Below, piece by piece: positions 55,367 through 64,000 of a stretch of DNA of 64,000 nucleotides. The position numbers were made by a program, and so were the translations under genes. The stretch lies in assembly GCA_009914755.4 (NCBI GenBank), contig CP068257.2:36832001-36896000 (forward strand). Direction: 5' to 3'. Source of the DNA: the human T2T-CHM13v2.0 reference genome, Homo sapiens. The notes beneath the pieces are model-generated. The model did no database searches, was not told the DNA's origin, and saw nothing but the letters and a program-made list of their open reading frames with translations. Position 1 is the first letter of the stretch, and every line of letters begins with the position of its first letter.

Positions 55367-58300
55367 TGCCATATCCCCCAGCAGCACATTAAGAAATAAT
55401 CCAATTACAATTTAAATAACCATTGTTTCAACACTTTCTCTAAGTGGTGAATGTATTCTTCAGTCTCTTGGTTGATCTGAACTAATAGAAACCAAGGAAA
55501 CTGTTATCACATACCAAATCCTCAACTTCTCAACACCAAGTTGCAATTTCCTTAATACTGAAGCACACGTCAGTTCAGTTCTATAAGCTCCCATGGAGCA
55601 ATGATTTCAATAAACACAATTTCATAAGCATCCCACACGTTCTCAAGTTTAGGCCAATTTTGCTCTTACTCAACTCCATATGACTTTAAAAATGCAGGAA
55701 TATTAAAACCATTATCAAGGACTCCAAATAGGTCAATGTATTATCTGTGGTTTTAAGAAAGAAACCTAAGAGGAGAGTAATTATTTTGTCACCATTATTT
55801 AGCTTAAAATAACTTTTAAATGTATTGTTCCAATTATTAGGCTTCTCCATATAATTTGGAAACCATTAAATGAGTTTCAACTTCTTTGTCCGTATAACTG
55901 GGTATATCTGAGCATAGATGCTACAGACATCACGTTGCCATTGGTGCCCATAAGGCTTCGTATGCCCACAGGGCATATAATTAAGATTCACAAAAGCATC
56001 TGACTGGCATCCCACTCTACCCCCGACTCAGATCCAAAGTATCCTTTCCCAGGTACTGTCCCCTGTCACCATCCTTGGCCAAATTGAGAATTTATCCCAG
56101 GTTGTTGAAATTAATTTTGATTTTGATTCTAGTCAGAGTTTTAAATGATTTTTTAAGAAGTGTGTCAATCTCACCTATAAGATACTAAACAGCATCACTT
56201 ATTTTTGTCTTAATCTGTCACTATTTTATGAATTATTTTTAAAGAAAATACAGATTACTTCTTAAAGAAAGATCATAAGTGGCACTATAATAGCATTCAA
56301 TTGATAGAAATTGATGTAGAAGCCTGCATTAATAATTTTTCCTGCTGCTTTCTAAAGTTGGCTTTTAGTTTTCGGTTGAGGTGGGCTTTAATTCAGCATC
56401 ACCTCATTTGATGATTTATTTACTAATTTATTTCCATCACAAATGGAATCAGAAATGAAGCGAAGGCAAAAAATCTTTGCCACAAATTCATTTATATTTG
56501 CATGAGTATCACCAGGCTACCTGCGGATGCAATGAAGCCCTATACCCGTGCCTGAAGTCAGGAGCACAGGACACTGGGAGTCTGTCTCAGCGCAGTAACT
56601 GCTACATGGTACGCTCCACATGGTATCCTCTCCACCTGAGCCCTCCTCATCCCTCGCCCCCTCTCCACACCTCACCCTCTCCACACTGTATTATCTCCCA
56701 CTGCAAGCAACGCAGAGGACACAGAGGTGCAGCTGAAGTGAAGGCAGGCCAGTTCTTTTCCAATTCACTCTTATGAAAATGTGTTAAATCCCGTTAAATG
56801 CACCGACCTGAACTGAAACGATGATATCAGTAAATTTGTTGTTGTCATCTGATGCCCACACAGATCTCAGCACATGTTTTGGGAAAGGCTGCAGTGTTCA
56901 AGGAGTACTAGAAATGTTCTTTCTGAGTGGACTGGCCATGATAAGCCAAAGAATATTATAGCCGATAGGGATAAATCATGGTTTTCCCACTGCGCGGTTG
57001 CCTGGTGGAGATTATTCCAGCCTTTATTTACAGCTACAAAAATAATCCTGCCTCAAGGATTTTAGGAAGCAACCACCTCCTGCCTAAAGAACTACACTGC
57101 ATTGTTGACTTGCCAGCTAGAAACCAGACATGAGTCGTGCAGGGAAGTTCCCTTTGAACGGCTTGAATTGTTGTCACTAGAGGGTGCTAAATGCCCCTCA
57201 AAAAGGCCTTTAGAGAGAATACTAGTGTGCCTAATTCTTGATTTAAATTCCTTGAATTGACATTATTTTACAAAGTGGTCTCATTTTTTACTTGTTAAAA
57301 TTAAGATCTAACATTTATAATGCAGAAATGGTGTTTTTTTTTTGAAAAATTTGGATTGTTCATTATTATAGAACATAAAGAAATACACGTTTTAGGAGCA
57401 AACATGAATTACACAGATCTGAATATAAGATTAAAGGCATAAATCTGGGGGGGTGAGATTTGTCCATGGAAATTGTATAATTGTTTTATGCCACTGTTAA
57501 TGATTTTAAAGCCTGAAAAATTTACCACTTTACAATAATTTTAGATTGTTCAATATGTTCCCAAATGTGAGTTGCATCAAATTCGGTAAATGTAGAGTAT
57601 GTTTGTTTTCTCTGTACACAATACTGACGTCAGTGCTAGTGCCTGCCTAAACTCAGACACCAGTAGATCCTTTTCCAGAACTAAGTGTTATAGGAGGAAT
57701 ATGGATTATACTGTAATATATCAGATGTGAAAAAAGCCTCACGGTCCCTTCCTTTCTCAAAAAAAACGTGTAGTATTTTGGAATATGCATGGAGTATAGC
57801 ACTTCTAAAAATGGTACTTTATGTATATATGAAGTAAAATAGGCCTTAAAACTTAATATACAGATTTCCTTGAAAATAATCTTATTATACATTTACACTG
57901 ACTTTTTGGTCATCCAAACATTATGCACTTAAGCAAAAAGAAATATAACCAATTTTGCAACTTTCCTCTTCCTGCCTTTGCTTCTACTTAAAAATATCTG
58001 CAGTATTTCCTTTTCTCGCCGCTTCCACTTTGGTTCATATACCAAGGAATCGTGAGGTCAATGGGTGACAGTTGTTTGTCTGTGTTCACGGCTGTCGGGC
58101 GGGGCTGGGTGTGGGTAAGGCTCTGACCGACATCTGAAGAGGCTTCACCCACTGCGGTTTAGGATACATTTTCCTCTCGCTCTGCCAGTAGAACAGGGAG
58201 GCTAGTTTTCAATGTGTTCTACAGAAGGATAATTAAGGCAGTGTGTCACCTGCTCGTCTGCTATTTTTAAAAGGAAACAAACATAACCTTTGCATGTGAG

Positions 58301-58840
58301 AGGCATTGCAAACTAGATGGGAGGAGGCCCGGACCCTGTAACAGTCGTACATTCCGGTCCCAGCTTCGCTGGGGTGCAACTGCAGATAAAAGACGCTGGC
58401 TCGACAAAAAGCGCCCCTGGGCTCTGCATTGCCAGCATGCACAATACGAATTGCTAATGATGAGCTGGCTTAGGTAGGAACTGAGGACCCTGAGTGCAGG
58501 GCTAACCTCTGCTTCACAGGAGGGGTCCACTGGCGCGCGCTGGAGGCGGGGAGCCTTCGTGATATTTCTCCGAAGGGAAGAGTCCATGCAGCATCCTGAT
58601 AACAGGGACCTTGGCTTCATCCCCAACTGCTCGGTGACCCCGATGCGTCATTTAATTCATTTGTGCCAATATTCCTTTTTCAATCAACCAGTAACTTTGC
58701 AGGTTTGTTCAAAGAAGAAATTAAAATGCATTGGAGATGGAAGGCAGCCATCTTCCCGGAGCCCCAGTGCTGACACTGGGAGGGGAACCCCAGGATTCCC
58801 TCATGACTGTGTCAGTGATGGCCCTCAACAAGCACTTACT

Positions 58841-58879
58841 GAATGAGTGAATGAATGAATGAATGAATGAATGAATGAA
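58841..58879. repeat. (GAAT)n microsatellite, apparently an expanded MIR-type tail
   Basis: The tract reads gaatgagtgaatgaatgaatgaatgaatgaatgaag. It is preceded by caacaagcacttact, which resembles the MIR 3' motif ctcaataaatatttgttgaatgaatga. Confidence 0.8.
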
Positions 58880-59261
58880 GCCGGCCACAGAGCCCAGGAG
58901 TATCAGGGGAGAGCAATACTGGCTGTGTCAGTGGCTAGTCCAGGAGAGCCCTTCAAGAGCCCAGAGTTCGACTTGAACTTGGGACTCCCCTGGGATGGGT
59001 GAGGTTCTCTCAACAGCAGTTGACAGGAGGGAACTGGGACAGGCCCAGCCAGTTTCATTCAGTCCAGCCAGCTGTGGCTCCTCTTTAGGAATGTGGCCAG
59101 GCCCAGCTGTGGCCAAAGCACCAGCCAGTCCCTCAGTTCTGAACAGAACGTGCCCAGCATCAGTGCCTTCATTTGTTTTTAAACTGCCTGCTGACCATCC
59201 ACAAAGTTAAGATGACAGCTGGGACTTAAGTTGTGAGGAACCAATGGCTCCCCCATCACTC

Positions 59262-59885
59262 TCTCTCACACACACGCACATGCACACACACAGAGACACA
59301 CAGACACACACACATGCACACACACAGAGACACACAAACACACATGCACACACACAGACACACACACGCACATGCACACACACAGACACACACACGCACA
59401 TGCACACACACAGACACACAGACACACACACATGCACATACACAGACGCACATAGACACATGCACAGAAGCACACAGACACATATACAGACACACACAGC
59501 ATGCACACAGACCCACATACACATACACACAGACACACACATACACCCACACATGTGAAAACACACACACAAAGACACATACATACACACAGGTGCAAAG
59601 ACAAACACACAGACACACATAAACACACATATATATACACAGATACACACACTGACACACACAAACATGCCCACAGACACATACACAGACACAAAGACAG
59701 ACACACATACACATAGATGTATGCACACAGACACACAGAAGCACACAAACACAGACACACAAACACACAGGCACACAGAAGCACACACACACACATACAC
59801 ACAAAGACAGACACATATAAACACACATATACACACATGCACACACATATATACACACAGACACACAGGCAAACACAGACACACA
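59262..59885. repeat. Long complex (CA)n-rich repeat with (CA)n, (GACA)n and (CACG)-type variants and higher-order periodicity
   Basis: About 620 bp consist almost only of C/A with sporadic G/T. Roughly 30-bp units such as cacacacgcacatgcacacacacagacaca recur in tandem at 59270-59400. The 200+ aa Cys/Val/His/Thr-rich ORFs on both strands at 59207-59942 are repeat artefacts. Confidence 0.9.
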
Positions 59886-60189
59886 ATGGATGGTATCGAT
59901 ATCTATGAACAGATGAGAGAGAGAGACAGAGCAGGAGGTCATCTGCTCCCCACCCCTCTTCTCCCCACTGTCACCACCTCTCTCCCAAGTCTAGCTGCAG
60001 GCCCTGTGAGCTGTGGAAGTGGCTTTTTTAAGCTGTCTTCTTAGATTGAGTCATTGGGCAGTGAGGAAGGTAAATTTTCTCTAAGAAGCCTCCCAAATCT
60101 GTATCTTATGGGATTTCCGTCTCAATAATTGAGCTAATAGTACCTGTAAGCAAGTGGATAGTCAATAAAAAAAAAATACCGGCTGTAAG

Positions 60190-60232
60190 AACGAATGAAT
60201 GAATGAGTGGATGAGTGGATGAGTATACATCC
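60190..60232. repeat. (GAAT)n/(GGAT)n-like short tandem repeat
   Basis: The tract reads gaacgaatgaatgaatgagtggatgagtggatgagtat. It is preceded by gtcaataaaaaaaaaatac, another MIR-tail-like motif. Confidence 0.55.
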
Positions 60233-63200
60233 TCTATTTTGCTGGCATCATGATTATTTTACAGCAGATTTATCTGGATTTCAATATAAAATAAGAGCTC
60301 CCATTTGTATACAACTTAGTCCTTGTAATTTTCCAAAGTAACTCTGATTAAAATTATTTCCAGCCAAACTATTTAGGCAACTGGGTTGGTTTCACACGTA
60401 CTTATCAGAAACCATTAGAATGGTATATTGATTGCATTTCTAGACATTTGCCATACCACCATGGCAACTGTATTTCCCAAGATGGCCCAGTAGGATGTCC
60501 CATCATGCATAACCTTCTATAAAGTGACATTGACTTTGCTTCCATCAGAAAGTGAGGTCCACGTTCCCACTCCTTGAATCTGAGTTGGGCTGTGACTACA
60601 GCAGAAGTTCAGCTATGTGGCTTCCAAGGCTACCTTGGAAAGGTGATAGAGCTTCCACCTGATTTTCTTGGGAACAGCCACTCTTAAACCTCAGCCACCA
60701 TACGGGGAGAAAGCCCAAGCCATGTGACGAGGCCATTTGTAGGTGTTCCAGTCATCAGTCCCAGCCCACAGCCAGCATTAACCCCCAGAGGTATAAATGA
60801 AGAAACCAAGATCACTCCAGCCCCAACCGGCACTTGACTGCAAACCTATAAGAGACTCCAAGCAAATAATATCTATCTCAGCCCAATCAAGCCCTGGAAC
60901 CATGAGAGATTCTAAATAATAAAGTGATCATTGTGATTTTAAGCCACTGAGTCCTGCAGTGAGTTGTTATATAGCAACCGGGCATCGGCATACCATCAGA
61001 AGATTCCTTAAGAAGAAACTTTTGCAACGTTGCTACAGCAGAAAATATTCCTTCTGTATGATCATTCATCCATTCATCAATCTTGATTGGCATTGCCTAT
61101 GTGCTAAGCATTGTCGGTCACTGGAGGTGCAGAAAAGAAGTGAAGCAGTATTCAGCCAAACAAACAACTTGCATATTGGATAGAGAGAAAAATATGCCAA
61201 AATTACAACAGTATTTTGACCCAACAGAAAGGACATAAGAAGGGAACATCAACAGTTCCTTCCTATTCTTTTCCACCCTTTTTCTTTCTAGGCTCATTAA
61301 ATGTAGAGGTGCCTCAGGGTCACTTTGCCCCATGAGAGTAGATACCCTCCTCTCCCATCCCTAACTTTGGTCTTCACTCTATGCCTGATACCAGCAGCTC
61401 CCCAGGCTCCTCCATGCTGTTGGCACCCCATTCCCATTCTCTGGAAACATCTCAGCCCATCAACCTCAGATTACTTTCCCAAGGAGATGTGAGAAAACTT
61501 CAATTTTCCCCTTTGTGACTTGCAGAGAAATAGGGGTGGTAAATGAGAAGCAGAGGGAGAGGGTGGGGATTCATTACCTTGAGTTACTAAAGAGAAAAGC
61601 TCTAGTGTTTAGAAGGTGCTGTTATTATTTTCTCTGAAACATTAGCTCCTAGAAATCAGAGGCTCTGTCCCTAGCATGGTCTCTAAGGCTTCCAGGACGC
61701 CCCGGGGGCTTCCCTCAGTCAATTTTGACTCTAATGAGAGCCATCTGGAAGGCTGCAATGGTGGGCCTGGCTGATCACTGGAGGGGCCTTCGCTGTGGGC
61801 ACAGGGACGTGCACAGGTTCACAGAGTGTGTCTCCGTTTCTGGGAACCATGGTCCTGTGTGCTCCTTCCCCAAAGAAAGCAGGAGAAAGAAAAACCACAG
61901 TCCTGAGTGGGATTCTCCCCAAACATCTAAAAAGCTTCTTTAAAGAAGTCAAGTTATCATAATTAAACTCACATATGGAATGCCTATAGACAACGTGTTG
62001 CTCTTCCAATCCCAGGGAGCTAGGACACCCAAAACTCACCTCCCAGACGGAGCTAGGATTTGAGATACTGGATTCCACATTACTTAAAGCTGTTCGAGCT
62101 TTTCATCAGGAATGGAAAGCATTAATGCGTCTCACACGTCACTCTCTGTTTCATGGAATTCTTACACTGGGGAGCTCTTTTTATTTTACTATTTTTCTTT
62201 AACAGCCAGAACACTGAGAAGTTTGCAAAGAAATTTTTCAGCTGCCTTTAGTGACCCTTAACTCAAGAGGTTTTGCCTAATCTGTAAATTGGAGTTGAAA
62301 ATATTTCAGTACTTTTGGAGTGGGGAGCTTTTTGTCTTTAAAAGAGTGGAACGACACTAACAATAGGGCTATACATACCTTGTGCTTCTTTGTCAGTTAC
62401 TGCAAACCAAAACCAGATGTGAAGTATCAGCGGCTACCTCGTAGTGACCCATGGAAGTTGAGGCTAATCCATATCATTCTTAATAACTCAAAACTGCCAC
62501 CTTTTAACCACCTAATTTTTTTCTCACTTACAAATGCAAAAAAAGGAATTGACAGTACACATTGAAATCGATTTTCCCCTGACCACTTACAGATTTTCTC
62601 CTATAAGAGCCAGGAATAAAAGCTCACTCCATTATATCAAGCAGCCATCATCTGAGTATGCTTTAGTTTAGGTGATCATCACCTTTAACAAACCAAGATC
62701 TGGAAGGAAGATTTCTGATCTTTAACAAACCAAGATTTGAAAACTAGATATTCCTGTCATGACCTTTTCCCAACATTCAGTATGTAAGGGATTCACTGGA
62801 TTATTAGACTGCTTGTAAATGTAAGAAAACATAGAAGGTTTAGTGTGAAGGAGTTAGCAACCTAACAAATGTTTCCCCCTGAATTTTCAATAACCTTCCT
62901 GAATTTAAAGGTAATGAATATAAATGAAGAACAAAATCAATAGATATAGGAATGATTCACAACCTCCCAAATGAATAAATCAATCATTCCACCCTACATT
63001 TGAACATTCAATCAATATTTTGTCTATTTACTAAATCTAAGAGGAACTACTTTAACATAAAACTAAATATGAAATTATTTCCAGCATTGAATATTGTGTT
63101 TTGCCTTAGAGCAGGCACAAAGTGGAATGCCTATGGGTACAAAGCTAGGCATTGATTGATGTTTAATACCTACAAATACAGCAATTACACTGTCATGCTA

Positions 63201-64000
63201 CACGAGACTTCCTATTCCTACACTGAAATTAGACTGCACATATGTAGGGATAAAAGATAAGACACAATCATATCATATTTCCTCAAATCTAAGACTTTGG
63301 GTGGTAAGATGTAAAGCACATCATGATTTAAAGTATCACTAGGAAAGAAAAAACAATTCTGCCAATGAAAATTCACCGTAATACTTTCTAATCAATCAAT
63401 TTTAAGATACATCCCAATTTTTAAGCAAGAATAAATGTGTTAAAATTAACACAAATTGGTACACTTGTGATACATCAGAAGCACTAAAATGTCACAGCAA
63501 TAGACCACAGGGTTTCTCAACCTTGGCAGCATCAACATTTTGGGTTGGTTAATTATCTGTTGTGGGGGCTGCCCTGTGCATGGCAGGATGTTTGCTAGCA
63601 TTCCTGGCCTCTACCCACTAGATGCCAGTAACACCTCGCAGACTCCAATTATGACAACCAAAACTGTCTTTAGACATGGCCAACTGTCCCTAAAGGTGCA
63701 ACCAAAAACTGTCCCAGTTGAGAACCACTGGAACAGAGCAATTCGGTTTTATCAGCCTTGTAATATAATTGTGTGTGTGCACTGTGTGCATGACAGACTG
63801 TCAGCCTAATGGAAGGTATATTGTCAGATGGGATAGATTGACCTGAAAAAATCACATAAACCAACAGCTGGTACATATACAAGAGTGTGTCCTGCCCATC
63901 CTAACCCACACAATGCAAAAGAACCTGGATGACCACGAGTCACCATCACAGGAGTTTACTATCCATAAGTGTAAACCATCCAAGAAAAGTGAAAACAGAT

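Noticed and set aside
59262-59885. Periodic tandem units were considered as a possible CRISPR-like repeat-spacer array.
   Set aside because: There are no distinct spacers. The units are degenerate microsatellite variants. The host is a primate genome where CRISPR does not occur.
59207-59942. Three overlapping 200-228-aa ORFs on the minus strand and several 60-130-aa ORFs on the plus strand. They are rich in Cys, Val, His and Thr and could be mistaken for metallothionein-like or Cys-rich proteins.
   Set aside because: They are pure translation artefacts of the (CA)n/(TG)n complex repeat. There are no stop codons because TGT, GTG, CAC and ACA codons dominate. Sequence complexity is nil and there is no start-codon context.

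Overview
This window is primate nuclear DNA, human-like, not a prokaryotic locus. Overall it is AT-rich. It contains at least 14 Alu SINEs, recognisable from the GGCCGGGCGCGGTGGCTCA...GAGACGGAGTCTCGC consensus, A-rich tails and flanking target-site duplications. Several are CpG-rich and look like young AluY/AluS copies. It also carries LINE-1 3'-end fragments, MIR SINE cores, two copies of a MaLR (MLT1-type) LTR, TcMar-Tigger DNA-transposon remnants, and many microsatellites or low-complexity tracts. The six-frame ORFs are all short and AT-biased or low-complexity, or they lie inside repeats. The only protein similarity I recognise is a decayed L1 ORF2 C-terminus and an acidic Tigger transposase tail. 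I can support no cellular protein-coding exon, rRNA, tRNA, CRISPR array or operon from the sequence alone. The window reads as an intergenic or deep-intronic, repeat-dense region with nested transposon insertions. I see no evidence for a novel multi-gene biological system. The most notable structures are a roughly 620-bp complex CA-rich repeat, a roughly 230-bp polypurine tract, a Tigger2/MER2-like element with visible terminal inverted repeats inserted inside an MLT1 LTR, a transposon nest at 33.6-38 kb holding six Alus including inverted pairs, a CpG-retaining GC-rich segment that ends in poly(A), and a low-copy local duplication about 1.65 kb apart. Family names are recalled from memory of consensus sequences. 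All coordinates are approximate to within a few bp.
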